A stretch of DNA of 64,000 nucleotides from Rhodosorus marinus CCMP1338 (GCA_029953675.1 JAMWBK010000012.1:620001-684000); one strand, 5' to 3'; counted from the stretch's first letter, positions 23,830 through 36,454 are shown. Program-made: numbers and translations. Notes: generated by a model from the letters alone, not told the origin.

Positions 23830-24250
23830 CGACATGGACGTGCAGTCTGAGCATCTTTTTAGAGTCGACTGCCGGACAGCGTGGTCCTATATCACCGCAC
23901 TGGCAAGCAATACGTCATTGATGTGAACGTCCCGTACCCACTGGCTCATCAGAGCCTGTCAGGCATGGCCAGTTTATAGGGGTCTTGCGAGTATCCAAGT
24001 TGATACAAAGACGCGGCCCATTAGCGAGGTGCTCTTGTCGACACAATAGTTTTCTCTTTGGCTCTTTTATTGTGGAGCCAATTGGACGGCTTGGGAAGAC
24101 GCCACTAGAATTTTTGCGGAAGCTACACGACTTCTTGAGTGCGAAGCTGAGGCTTCGGGTACGGACCCCGGATTAACATATCCCCGAAATCAATCGTAAC
24201 CCCTGGTCCGGTATTGCTCAGATAGCGGTCAATGCGACGGCCCGCGATTG
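23830..24250 (+). mobile_element. Decayed CRE-like element, third lineage (RLE region)
   Basis: YVIDVNVPYPLAHQSL and SFIVEPIGRLGKTPLEFLRK parallel family A YVDLAITCPVASAHL and FIVESFGHVDKSGLEWLRK. Confidence 0.6.
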
Positions 24251-24549
24251 GTCTCCACAATCTAACCTGCTACCCAGCTGAGATAGATCCTTACATCATC
24301 CACTTGTTTTGGCGCTCTTTGCCCCTGCAGTCTGTGGTGGCTTCTAAAGCAGTGTGTTATGGATTCCCGCGGGCACGGCAAAGTTTTCTCCCAACGCCCC
24401 GACCGACTCTCCTCGCAGGTTTGTTCGTTTTGAGTTCCCTGTTCTCGTGTATGAACTCTCCTCTGATGTTGGTGGCACGCGACTCACGCGTCCAGTAGCT
24501 CTGTTATCCTCTCCCCGGTGGGTCTTTTGGTCTCCAAAATAAACACTTT

Positions 24550-24586
24550 GCGTAGCGTTTTAAGCTATGCTAGTAAAGCCAATAAA
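24550..24586 (+). mobile_element. Family-A-type 3' stem-loop plus tail, isolated
   Basis: gcgtagc-gttttaa-gctatgc-tagtaaagccaataaa. Confidence 0.75.
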
Positions 24587-24744
24587 CACAATCTTTTCCG
24601 GGTGGAAATTGTCGTCGGGGACGGTGAGAGTTCTACGAGGAAGGCTCAGACTCGCTCGTGAAGTTCTGTGCTTCCTACTGGAACATACAAACTGGACGAG
24701 CGAATCTACAGACAAAAAGCTTGTGAACATATCTCGCTACCACT

Positions 24745-24797
24745 GGTGGTTACTAACATAGCAATAAGCTCTACGCAGTGCGAAAAGTGAACTAGAG
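24745..24797 (-). mobile_element. Decayed family-A-type 3' end
   Basis: Minus strand ctagttcacttttcgcactgcgtagagcttattgctatgttagtaaccacc matches the A 3' UTR ctagttc...gcgtagc...gctatgctagtaa. Confidence 0.7.
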
Positions 24798-24953
24798 GTA
24801 CCACTACAACCGTTCCTCAGAGCCCTAATGCACACGGCAACAGCTATTCTACTGTGTTGCTCACGTGAGATTTCGCACCGCCAATATTTTGCCCTGCACT
24901 ACCTATGTGGCAACTTTCTCCTCCGCTTCAGCGTGAAAACGGCGCCCCTACGC

Positions 24954-26048
24954 TTATTTTATTGGTTGGCATTCACACTTTCCAGTTGTTGAATTTTTTA
25001 CCGACTCCTTCAAGCGAAAGCGACGAATGAATGTATTAGCAATAAAACCGATGATAAACGCCAACACATTGCCTGGTAGATGAACTTTACATAAGCATAC
25101 CTCGTCCCACCCACAATTGGATAGGTGGTAATCGCCCAATTCTTCGCAATCCTGCCCCTGAACGCAAAAATCTGATGGACAAAAAAGGTCTCGACAGAAA
25201 CATTGTCCGGTTACACTATCTCGAAACACAGCCTGGAAAGAGGGGAAGGAGAATGTCAGGTTTGGACCGTCTATACAAGACGTGGGCCGATGTCAAAATA
25301 GTGCGGGCTTAATTCATACATTATTGAATCCACAGCCCAACAGCTCCGTATCAAGGGGCACACAACCGGTTCCCATTAAACAGCTCTCCGGAGTGCACGG
25401 TGGGCAGTTGAGCAGTGTGCTGCAGATTAATTGATCGTCTCTGTTTGGTAGCCGTAGTCTACAATCCTCGAGACTGAAGTGGGGCGTAAGCCATACCTTC
25501 TTCACGGAAGGACTCCCTGAAGATACGGGTTCGGAGCTGGGGCCAGGGGTGACGGCGGGGTTGGGCACCGAAATCTCCGCAAACGCAACGAAATCCATAG
25601 ACTCCCCACAGCACGATAGTTGCTCTACTTCGATATCCGTCGGGCATATGTCTATCTTTGCCAGCTGAATTTTTGGGTCATTGATGCCCGCAATACGTCT
25701 TCTCCTTGTGAATCGGTCCTTGTTCTTGGGAATCACATCACCTGTCTTCCAGAGTCCTGCCCGCAACTTGAGCAAACCGTTGTTCCCGGCAACGCGATAG
25801 GTAATCCGAAAGCAATTGGTCAAGGCCCCCGGTTCGGTAGGGAGCCCTTTCCTTGCAACGTTGTCCATGCACAGACCTCCATAAACTGCTCCATCTGCTT
25901 CCAGATCCCAACATTTCTCTTCTATGAGGAACTGGGACTTGTTCGGATCATCTTGGCACGTAAGCGCAGATGCACCAAATAGCCCAAGGCATACAGCGAG
26001 CAGCACCAACAATCGAATCATTGTTTTACGCTCACCACAAACAGCCAC
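24954..26048 (-). CDS. Unknown secreted protein with two Cys-rich C-terminal repeats; 3 exons (26048 or 26021 to 25320, 25232-25101, 25007-24954)
   Basis: Signal peptide MIRLLVLLAVCLGLFGASA. Intron 1 is GTATGA...CCTGAC...CCAG (25319-25233, 87 bp, phase 0) and joins the two ORF-track ORFs in frame. Intron 2 is GTATGC...GCTAAT...AAG (25100-25008, 93 bp, phase 0), inferred from the repeat alignment. Confidence 0.75.
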
Positions 26049-28899
26049 CGGTAGACTACAAACTCCTCTTCATCGCATCTTCACTCGCAATCCTGCCCCA
26101 TGCGTTGAGTTGAACTTACCTCTCCTCCGCCTATATACGTCCTCAAGATGCATGAAATGTCCGTACCGGCGAGTCTGATTTCCGCCGCTAGAAGTTTGTA
26201 AGTGCCCAAACCCCACGACTGTGAAGGATTTCGCAAAAAACACTCGTCGGATAAAGTTCCATCATTGTTCAATGGATCGGGAAGGGGGGGGTGGGGGGTG
26301 CGGGAACTTGCAGTCGTATCCTATATTTGCTCCCTCATTTACGTTGGAGAACGCTGGAAGCACATTTCATGAGAAGCCCGCCAACCTCCCTGTTGCGATT
26401 TCCTCTTACGTATTGCGTATAGCGCATCAGGCTATTTTAGTAACACCACCCTCTTGCGAATACAGCAGCTAACTCCATAAGAGAGGGGCTGGTCAACACC
26501 ACTGGCTCCAACTACGAAGCCCCCCCCTTTTGGGAGAGTAGATACCATTCTTCGCGCGTATGACAACGATAGGACTACAAACGGACAAACAGGACTTCTA
26601 GTCTTACCCCCTCCCCCCTCTCCCCATCAAACATTACTACAAACAAAAAAAACCGTTTGCATGGGAAGAATATCATGAACAACTCTACAAACAAAAAAAA
26701 CCGTTGGCATGGGAAGATTATCATCATGAACAACTCTGATTCTTACTGGGAAACTACACAGCTTCAAAGTCCTCAGAGGTCTGAATCAGGGGAAATGTCG
26801 AGTTACAAGAGGATGACTCCAACGGCTTTTTCGTCTTGCGGCAAGACGTTGAAGGAACAAAGCTAACCGATTTATTTATACAAAACAACTAACAAACGAA
26901 AACATAAAAAAGGAGCCACTCTCATCGAGAACTTCGAAAGTGCGAGTAGGGGGGCGGATCCCCCCACCCTCCCGCTACACTTTCCAAGTCATAACCAGTC
27001 GACTCTTCCTTGACTCAAACTAATATTCTGCCTGATGTTCTCCGAGGTGCTCTACCGCCACCTCCACATGCTTTTGCCATGCAGCAAAAACGCACTGGAG
27101 CATCTATCGCTTAGCGTCTTCCTCGAGAACTTGTGCCGGGAGCGGGGCGTCCCCGTACCCTCCCTCCTTATCCCTCAAACCTCCCGGTGCGCACTTTCCA
27201 AGTCGAACCAGTCAGCCCTCCCTTGACTCATACTGACATGCCGTTGCACACTCGCCGTCGCTCCCTACCTTCTCAGCATCTGCTTTCGTCGTAGAGCAAA
27301 ACGCAAAAAAACGCAAAAGGAGGCCCGTTGGATTCGTGGTGTTTTCTTAGAAAAAATATGAGTGAAGTATTTGGAAAAAATTTCCTCCTTCAAAAACTTT
27401 CTTACAGAACTTGTTCCAATTCAGTCTTGCAGTACGAGACGTCGTAGACGATAGAAGGTCTATGGAATCCCATACAACTATTGTTTCGTCATGTTTTATT
27501 GCAAAAAGACATATCCGTACTGTAATTTGGAAAAACGAAGAAAGAAAAATGTCAACTGTGTTTAAATGAAAAACTGTAGAAACTGTGTCTGAGAGATAGC
27601 AGGTTTTTCGAAAATATTTAAGTCTACGCTATCGACCACTTTTCTTCGTCCGTTTGACAATCATAATCGTATTAAACGCTATATCCATCGTATAATCCGA
27701 ATTTAACTCCTAAACGAATAATCCCTTTCCTTTTTAAACTTTTTGCACTGTTTAGGAACCGTCTAGGCATCGATGTTCTAATCTAATCCTTTTGCCTAGT
27801 CTTGTCCTTGCCACGGTTAGGGAACTCTATTTGGACGGTGCAGGGCAGCTCCTATCTTCGCCTAAGGAAACGACCAAATTGAACCTAAAACTTAACCGTT
27901 TGTTTCCAGAAATATGACAGCCAAAGGACAGACTGTCACTTGGCCCTATATTTTTTTTGCTCAGATGTCTTGTCACAGACAGCCTTCGGAGAAGATGTGT
28001 TCAAAGGGAGGGGAGGAATTTTTACCACAAGAGCTCGGCGCAGTCTACTACATTTAAGATCATTAGTTTCTAGAATACTCTTTTTATTGACAGCCGTAAC
28101 CAGCAAGCATCCAAAGTTTTCCAAAAACAAGATAAGAAGCTTCTTGAGCGTAAATCTGGATTCTATTTCCAGATTATGTTTTTGGGACGTTTTCCCGAAC
28201 CGACGGAAAAAATTGTTCGTTGTGCATGAATGCGTTAGGGGACCGCGGAGATCCCGGTGAGGGGACGGCGTGTCCGCGCGAGTTGGGGGGGCAATCTCAA
28301 TGTCGCGTGGAAATGTTGTGAGGACGACGGATCATCGAGGTTGAGAACTTGGTACTGGATATTCTATTAGAGAGTGCCGCGCCCTTGAACATCCTCTTCC
28401 CAGCGAACATGGTTCCATTTGCTAACGGCATGGCGGCAATTAATGACGTGCTTGAGTTCATGAATTGTGCCAGTTGATTGTGCTGTGCTGAAGAAGCTTG
28501 ATCTGCATTCACGATGATCGCATGGAGAGATTGTGTGACCTGAATTTTACTAGATAAGCTGAACTCAGTAAGCATCCCTCCCACCTTGTTATTGCTTTCC
28601 ACTTGACTTTCTACAATTTATTTCTACAACTGGGATTCCACATATTCTGCAATCGGAGAACTTTGGGAAGCAGCGGGTTTGGGCTTGTTCAGGTAGTGTG
28701 ATTTAATTTCTGGGCTGCCGTATGTGCTGGTTTTACTGTTTCCGTTTATTCCAACTACTGCATGTCGCACTAGAGACGGAAGGAAAACAGGAGGGGCTAG
28801 GCTACGGAAACCCCAGAGTGCAGTAGAAGACTCTTCTATAGTGAACAGCGTCCGAACATGATTATCTTTGCGCATGGCATGGATCGCCAAGCGAGCCAT

Positions 28900-29160
28900 G
28901 CCTCGCTTTAGCTCTCGATTAATCTCCACGAGAATGAGCGTTTGCGCGTCCGCTTTGTGCTCAAGATGTGCAGTAGTTTCGGTAATGAAGTCTTGGGCCG
29001 CTTGCCCGAGTCATCCAAACCCTTCGACGGCGAAGGGTACAAATTGGAATTCATTGTGGTCACCGATGGCATCCCGATATTTGGCTCGCTTCCCGGCTCA
29101 GCGTTACCTCGGCATAACCAGTTTGACATGCTGCTCGAACGAGGGGGTGGGCTCCTAGGG
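28900..29160 (+). mobile_element. Possible decayed CRE RT-thumb fragment
   Basis: TDGIPIFGSLPGSALPRHNQF resembles family B DGFVHLGIPYGS...ILGKHRQL and family A EGFEHHGVGLGT...VLARHKQL. Confidence 0.3.
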
Positions 29161-29196
29161 ATTCCACCTTGGCGTCAATTGTGCTGGTTTACTATC

Positions 29197-29612
29197 AAAG
29201 GCTAAGAGCCCTGCTGACGGCGGGTGTCTTTTCTTCCCCAGGTATTCTTGCTTCGGCTCTAGCTCATCGCCTGGTACCTCTGATCATTGAGTGCTTTGGG
29301 TTAAAGGCTAAGAGCCCTGCTGACGGCGGGTGTCTTTTCTTCCCCAGGTATTCTTGCTTCGGCTCTAGCTCATCGCCTGGTACCTCTGATCATTGAGTGC
29401 TTTGGGTTTACGGATTCCGTTGGTTCTCGTTGGCTTCGGAAATTGTTCCGCGAACGCCCTGACCGTCTGCCCTCGTTGTTTACTCGTTTAAGGTTCTCCC
29501 TGTGGCGTATGAACGTTGCTTTGATGTTCGAGGGGCGCGATTTTCGCCGCGCTTAGTCTTTTGTTTCCCCTCGGTTTTTTCTTTCATCCTCCGATTAAAC
29601 AAATTCATTCAT
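29197..29612 (+). mobile_element. Old CRE family-B 3' relic with an internal 108-bp tandem duplication
   Basis: gcttcggctctagctcatcgcctggtacctctgatcattgagtgctttggg occurs twice, followed by the B 3' end cgccgcgcttagtctttt...cctccgattaaacaaattcattca. Confidence 0.85.
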
Positions 29613-30036
29613 TTCACTGACGGCGTAAGGCGACTTTGACTTTGGTAGGAGAAACAAAAATGTGCAGACCAAAACTTCGAGTTGGTCAACGTTCTGGAAA
29701 CGGGAGTCTAGTTCAACGGGATGGATTGGCGGTTTTATTTGTTCTTGAGTTGTATGCGAATACTAGATGAGCTATCCTCACTTCCGATTAGCATGTTGGT
29801 TGTTGTTGACCCATTTGAGCTCCCTGCTGTGGTGTGTGAAGGGCTGTTGACCCATTTGAGCTCCCTGCTGTGGTGCGTGAAGGGCTGATCGCAAATCAGG
29901 TGTTGGGGCACGCCTGATTTGCGCCTTCACTAGTTTTCTTTTGCCCCTGAGTTAGGTGCCATAATAAACACATACTGATCCTGTGCATGTGTGTAAAATC
30001 TGCAGATAGGCGTCCCCAGTGTTAGTTCCGCAACTT

Positions 30037-30870
30037 TCAGCACGTGCGTCTTGTCGATGAAAAAGGGGCAACACAGTTCGGTGGCGGCCTACGCCTTGTT
30101 TTGGATTCGCTGACATAGCACTGGTCGCAAGTTGTACCGCTGCTTACTGGTTGGCACGCGTCTCCGCACTTGTTTTCGAATGTTACAACTGCTTGTTCGG
30201 GATATGCATAGCAGATTGTCGTACCTTCGTAGCAGCTTGTTACACCCGTTATTGGGTTGATACCGCACGTCGCAGCCCCGGTATTTCCACACACACTCGT
30301 CACCGTCATCTTCAGACCGGTGTAATCCCGCTCGTTAACAATGCATGCGCCGCTCTTGGTTTTACACTGGTACAGCTTCTGCGGTTGATTGTTTGGTATA
30401 GCGCAAATCACGTTGACCTTGTTCACAAAGTCTGCCAACTTACAACCGCCGCTAGTAGCAATCTCCTTCAACTTGCTCTTCAAAGCGTTGTCCATGACAG
30501 TTGGTATACCTTCGTCATACCACATCTGCGGACACTGGCACAGCTCGCATTCCAAATTATGGTCCGAGTCCACGTTGCATGTAGCCTTTCTAAGGTTGAT
30601 CTTATTCTGGATCAAGTTGGGGTTGGCCGGACACGAACCTCCACACTTGTTTCCTTCGCTAGCATTGCATGCCACGACCTGGCATTTGCTGTCGCAGCAT
30701 GATGAACATTCATCGGAATCGCAAGGAATCGGGGTAGGGACCGGGGTCGGTGTCACTGTAGGGGTCGGGGATGCACGTCGCTCCCGCAGAGAATCTTGCG
30801 TTCGCAATGTGACAGCTACGGTCGCTCCCACCAATCCAAGCACCACAAAAGCCAATCCGTGTATCTTCAT
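30037..30870 (-). CDS. Unknown secreted Cys-rich protein, copy 1 (277 aa)
   Basis: Signal peptide MKIHGLAFVVLGLVGATVA, PTPT stalk, 26 Cys; intact in all six copies. Confidence 0.85.
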   Translation of the reverse strand: MKIHGLAFVVLGLVGATVAVTLRTQDSLRERRASPTPTVTPTPVPTPIPCDSDECSSCCDSKCQVVACNASEGNKCGGSCPANPNLIQNKINLRKATCNVDSDHNLECELCQCPQMWYDEGIPTVMDNALKSKLKEIATSGGCKLADFVNKVNVICAIPNNQPQKLYQCKTKSGACIVNERDYTGLKMTVTSVCGNTGAATCGINPITGVTSCYEGTTICYAYPEQAVVTFENKCGDACQPVSSGTTCDQCYVSESKTRRRPPPNCVAPFSSTRRTC

Positions 30871-32157
30871 CCTTGTTACTTTTCAGTTGTTGTCTCTCCT
30901 ACGTCAATTTCCTCCTCTTGCTTACAGGCAATATCTAATTGAGTGATCTGGCCAACCCCAGAGTCATTTGAAGCAACCTCATCTCAAGTCCCGCTCTTAT
31001 AGTGACGCGGTGGCAAACAGTTAACTATGTTTGTCTCCAAGCAGCTAGACTCCGAAACATGACGTTCGGCACACGTCAGTTGTCATCAGCTACCCGTAGT
31101 GATGGGTGTCAAAAAACAATCATGCGCTGCTGCTTCTCTGTGGCGTAAAACCACCATTAATCACTTATCAACCTCAATTGATAAGTTTTTCAACAGCACC
31201 GCTCGGCCAGAACGGTTTCCCCGTATACTGGCTGCACTGCGTATAGGAGACCAGCTTGGGAAAACCACTATCAGCATCCTAGCGAGTCCCGCTATCACTG
31301 TCCTGGCTTGTGCAGTTGTGCTCCCCAACTTTATTAGTTCGCTCTTCCTGCGCGAGTTAGCCTCGCACTAAGCTTCAATTATTTCAAAGAAAACGGTCTC
31401 TTGCCAAGCACAACGCCCTGCAGAGCGTAGGCAGACACAGACATGCAGCAAAACCAGCACCACCAGTAAAAACCTGAAAATCTATGACTAGGCAATACAA
31501 AACAAACACATCCTGAACTGTCATTGGCATTTTGAGAACATCTGATATCCTAATTTTGGTGTTTAAATTGGGAGCTTCCTGTTAAGAAGGTGACTGCATG
31601 GATAGTGTCCGGTCGGTTGCACCACCACCAGCCTCTACAGTCTGGGGTAGTGTCCGGTCGAGTCGAGGGTCACCTCCAGTCTCCAAGTGACGGTCTCTAG
31701 TCCCCAGTCCGCCCTGTGGAGCGGTCTAAAGCACATGCGCAAAGCTTGCACCACAAGTAAAACCACCAAAATCTATGACTGGAGCCTAAAAAAAGACATT
31801 CTCCAACTTCTGTTATCGAAATTTTGGTGTTTAAATTAGGGGCTCCTTGTTTAGGTTCCTATACGGTCAGGTTGGGCAAAGAATCTTATTTATGAACGCA
31901 GGGCGTTAGAGGTTGGTTCTATTTACGAATAAAAAATAACGCAACGCAAACGAAAACCACCGCAGCATTGGTCCTGACAGTGATGGTGGGTTTTCCTTCA
32001 TAACCTTCGCAAAAATCAGTCTATTTGGCCTTCTTCCGCTTCCGTCCTCGTGCTCTGAATACGCGGATTCCGCACTGATGATGATCAGCGCGGAATCCTG
32101 CGGAAGGATCATTCACAAAAAGAGTTGAAGAGCCCGGAAGGGTTTTCTTCGACACAT

Positions 32158-33485
32158 CCCATTGCGATTGGGGGGACTGGGCCTCTGCAATCGTGTTGTG
32201 GTCCAACCTGCAGCCGCAGTAGGGGCCTGGGGAACCGCACTTCCCACTTTGAGCAGCTTGGGTATCTCGAAGTTCCGCAATTTGATGGCGAGCCTCTCGC
32301 GGGGTGTCTTGCTTCCCAGCGTACCGGAAAGCGCCCAAGACTTGTTTCTGGAGCTCCAAACCGCCCTGAATTCCTGTACTAGTCTCCCCGAAACCGTTCA
32401 ACCCCGTCTTCCTGACTGGCGAGCTGTATTTGACCGCTCTCGAGGCTCCGCCCCGGGGATTCGTCCTGCGCCTGAACCTGTTCTAGGGGAGATTGACCCA
32501 GTGGTTGCCGCAGAAGAAGAAGTTCCAGTTGATCCTCCTGATGATTCCCAGCGCGCTGGGAGCCGAGCTCAAGCACGCACGGATGCGCTGCAAAATATCC
32601 TTTCTTGGGACTTGCACCGTGCTGCATATGGCCGACTCCTCGCGCAGATGGTCTCATCTTCTCGCGCTCGCGCCCGCCTACGTAGTCTTGGAGGGGTTAT
32701 TAGCTCTCAGTGGCTCATGACCGTACCAGCCTTTCCGCCACTCACACTGTCGGATTTCGAAGTGCGTACTTCACTGCGCTTATACCTCGGCTTACATCAG
32801 CCCCCTTGGCCGTACGAGATGGGTTCGTCGTGCCCTCTCTGCTCTCAGACTGAAGACAACGCAGATTTTGGCGCCCACCTGCTCGCTAGTTGCCCGGCGG
32901 TGAAAGGTGCTCGAACCCGCCGCCACACACGGATCTTGAACCTGTTATACCGGGAACTTCGGCCTATAGTCCGGCAAGCCGGTCTGGAAATCGAACGTGA
33001 GAAACCTTTACCCGTCGCGGACTTTCAAAATGATGAACGCCGTGTAGCCGACCTGGTGATCACCTGTGACGACAGCCGCCGTACCACATACGTTGATCTT
33101 GCTGTTCCTAACCCTCAAGCTAGTCGTTATCTCCCGGCTGCGGGGGAGCGCCGTGGATCTGCCGCCGCCAGCATGAGACGCCGCAAAGAGATCAAATACG
33201 CGGGGGCTTTGTCTTCCCCTGGTGTTCGTGCTTCGGCACTAGCACATCGCTTGGTACCCCTGATCATTGAGTGCTTTGGGTTCATGGACTCTGTTGGTTC
33301 TCGCTGGCTTCGGGAGTTGTTCCGCGAACGCCCTGACCGTCTTCAATCGTTGTTTACCCGCTTAAGTTTCCTGCTGTGGCGCATGAATGCCGCTTTGATG
33401 TTGGAGGCGCGAGTACTTCGCCGCGCTTAGTCTTTTTTTCCCCTCGGGGTTTTTTTTTTCAGCCTCCGATTAAACCATTCGTTCG
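32158..33485 (+). mobile_element. CRE-clade non-LTR retrotransposon family B, 5'-truncated
   Basis: ORF 32162-33430 with CCHC finger CPLC...HLLASC, RLE motifs RVADL...YVDLAVPNP...K(E)IKY...PLIIECFG; U-rich 3' UTR; (TTCG)n tail. Confidence 0.9.
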
Positions 33486-33499
33486 ATGATGATTCCGCT

Positions 33500-34025
33500 G
33501 GTTCCCTTGCGTTTCAGGAGTTGTTCCGCGAGCGCCCTACAGTCTCTTCTTGTTGTTTATATGTTATACGTTTTTTGTACGTTTTTTGTACGTTTTTTGC
33601 TATGGCGTATATGAACGCTGCTTTGATGCTGGCGGTGCGCGATCTTTGCCGCGCATAGTCAGTCCCTTTTTCTTTCAGTCTCCGACTGAACCGATTCGTT
33701 CAGAATGCGCGGAGGGACAAAAACAAGACGTCACACTCTTGTGACCCATTTCCCTCACGTAGGACACTCCCACCCGTGGGTGTTTCTTTGTCCAGAAAAC
33801 GATACAAAACAGCATTGAAAGAGTTTTGGTTAACCGGAGCCTGCAAAAAACATCCCGAGGGGAGAAAAGAGACTAGAGCTCGGCAAAACATATCGCGCGG
33901 CCAAGATCAAAGCAGCGTTCATACGCCACAGGAACAAACTTAAAAACCCGACTGCGAGGAGACACGGTCAGGGCGTTCCGCGGAACAACTCCCGAAGCCA
34001 ACGAGAAGCAAGGCAATCCGTAATT
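33500..34025. mobile_element. Two decayed family-B 3' relics in opposite orientation
   Basis: ggagttgttccgcgagcgccc on + at ~33515 and cagggcgttccgcggaacaactcccgaagcc on - at ~33970. Confidence 0.7.
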
Positions 34026-34049
34026 CCAAATATTGCACTCAGGTGGTGG

Positions 34050-34144
34050 CCTGACTGTGATGGTGGGTGTTCGATTATAACCTTGACGACGGAGTTTTCT
34101 TCTGGCGAAAAGTATGATTATAGAACCCCACCATCACCGTCAGG
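34050..34144. mobile_element. MITE-like element with CCTGACGGTGATGGT terminal inverted repeats
   Basis: cctgactgtgatggtggg...ccccaccatcaccgtcagg; the interior is shared with the 42648 and 53754 copies. Confidence 0.65.
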
Positions 34145-35021
34145 ACTCTGGTGTTTTGTATTGTTTGAGTTTTCTGTTTCCCACTATAGCGGCCAATGAT
34201 GATATTCATCTATGAATGGGAATCAAACGCCAACGCACTGCGTTTTCGTGAGTATCTTTTTCTTCTATCAATCTGACTGCAAGCAACCTCAACAGGAAGC
34301 TCACAAATTATACCCCTCCCCGTCGGTTCCCGCTTACTTCGGGAGTTGTTCCGCGAACGTCCAGACCGTCCCTCCTCGATGTTTACCTGTACAAGTGTCT
34401 TGCTGTGGCGAAAGAACGCTGCATTGATGTTGGAGCGCGCGACCTTCGCCGCCGATAGTCGTTTTTTTTCTTTCAGCTCTGACGAAGAAAATTCATGAGT
34501 TTTAAATAAAAACCTTTTCATATCAGGTGTTGTCCAATGAGGGTGAGGTTAGTTGCGCCCAGTCATGGATTCTGCTGGATTTACTGGTGGTGCTGGTTTT
34601 GCGCACGTCTGCGTGGGCGTTGTGGGGGGGGCAAGAGACCGTTTTCTTCCAACTACTAAAGCTTAGCGCGAGGGATGCCCCGGAAGAGCAAATTAATAAA
34701 GTTGGGGAGCACAACTGTACAAGCCAGGACAGTGATAGTGGGACTCGTCTAGGATGCTGATAGTCATTTTCCCAACCTCGTCTCCTCCGCAGTGCAGCCA
34801 GTATTCGGGAAAACCGTTCTGAGCGAGCGCTAACTATTGAAAACCTTATCGATTGAGGTTGAGAAGTGCTTGATAGATCCACCACAGCAAGGGGTATGAT
34901 GTTTTTTTTTGACACCCGTCAACTGCGGCAGCTGCTGATGCTTTGCCGAACGTCATATCTTGGAGGCAAGTTTAGCTGCTTGGAGCGGCCCAACGTTAAC
35001 TGTTTGCCACCGCGGCGTCCC

Positions 35022-35028
35022 TATAAGA
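35022..35028 (+). promoter_or_regulatory. Putative TATA box in the upstream block shared by all six Cys-rich genes
   Basis: TATAAGA ~130 bp upstream of the ATG, conserved in all copies within a repeated ~0.6-kb upstream block. Confidence 0.35.
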
Positions 35029-35152
35029 GCGGGACTTGAGATCAGGTTGTTTCAAATGACTCTGGGGTTGGTCAGATCACTCAATTAGATATTGCCTTTA
35101 AGCAAGAGGAGGACATTGACATAGGAGAGACAACAACTGAAAAGTAACAAGG

Positions 35153-35986
35153 ATGAAGATACACGGGTTGGCTTTTGTGGTGCTTGGATTGGTGGGAGCG
35201 ACCGTAGCTGTCACATTGCGAGCGCAAGATTCTCCACGGGAGCAACGTGCAACCCCGACTCCTACAGTGACACCGACCCCGGTCCCTACCCCGATTCCTT
35301 GCGATTCCGATGAATGTTCATCATGCTGCGACAGCAAGTGCCAGGTGGTGACATGCAAGGCTAGCGAAGGAAACAAGTGTGGAGGTTCGTGTCCTCCCAA
35401 CCCCAACTTGATCCAGAATAAGATCAACCTTAGAAAGGCTACATGCAACGTGGACTCGGACCATAATTTGGAATGCGAGCTGTGCCAGTGTCCGCAGATG
35501 TGGTATGACGAAGGTATACCAACTGTCATGGACAACGCTTTGAAGAGCAAGTTGAAGGAGATTGCTACTAGCGGCAGTTGTAAACTGGCAGACTTTGTGA
35601 ACAAGGTCAACGTGATTTGCGCTATGCCAAACAATCAGCCACAGAAGCTGTATCAGTGTAAAACCAAGAGCGGCGCATGCATTGTTAACGAGCGGGATTA
35701 CACCGGTCTGAAGATGACGGTGACGAGTGTGTGTGGAAATACCGGGGCTGCGACGTGCGGTATCAACCCAATAACGGGTGTAACAAGCTGCTACTGGGGT
35801 ACGACAATCTGCTATGCATATCCCGAACAAGCAGTTGTAACGTTCGGGAACAAGTGCGGAGACGCGTGCCAACCAGTAAGCAGCGGTACAACTTGCGACC
35901 AGTGCTATGTCAGCGAATCCAAAACAAGGCGTAGGCCGCCACCGAACTGTGTTGCTCCTTTTTCATCGACAAGACGCACGTGCTGA
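35153..35986 (+). CDS. Unknown secreted Cys-rich protein, copy 2 (277 aa)
   Basis: Near-identical to copy 1; intact ORF. Confidence 0.85.
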   Translation: MKIHGLAFVVLGLVGATVAVTLRAQDSPREQRATPTPTVTPTPVPTPIPCDSDECSSCCDSKCQVVTCKASEGNKCGGSCPPNPNLIQNKINLRKATCNVDSDHNLECELCQCPQMWYDEGIPTVMDNALKSKLKEIATSGSCKLADFVNKVNVICAMPNNQPQKLYQCKTKSGACIVNERDYTGLKMTVTSVCGNTGAATCGINPITGVTSCYWGTTICYAYPEQAVVTFGNKCGDACQPVSSGTTCDQCYVSESKTRRRPPPNCVAPFSSTRRTC

Positions 35987-36454
35987 AAGTTGCAGAACTA
36001 ACACTGGGAACGCCTCTCTGTAGGCTTTACACACATGCACAGGATCATGTGTTTATCAGGAAACCTCACTCGGGGGCAAAAGAAAACTAGTGAAGGCGCG
36101 AATCAGGCGTGCCCCAACATCAGATCAGCCCTTCACACACCACAGCAGTGAGCGCAAATGGGTCAACAAAACAACAGCCGGTCGGGGCCCTCACAGAAGG
36201 CTTGTGTTCTAGCAATGCAAGCCACAGGTGACAACAGCTCACCTAGTATTCGTAGATAACTGTAAAGTAATAAATTTGCCAATGCAGCAGTGAGTTCAAA
36301 CGGGTCAACAAAAAAACAGCCGGTCGGGGAACTCACAGAAGGCTTATTCTGCCATTGCAAGTGAGACGTGAGACTAGCTCATCCAGTACTCGTAGGTAAC
36401 TGAAAAATAATAAAATCGCAAATTTACCCCATGCAACTGGAATGCCTTTATCGA

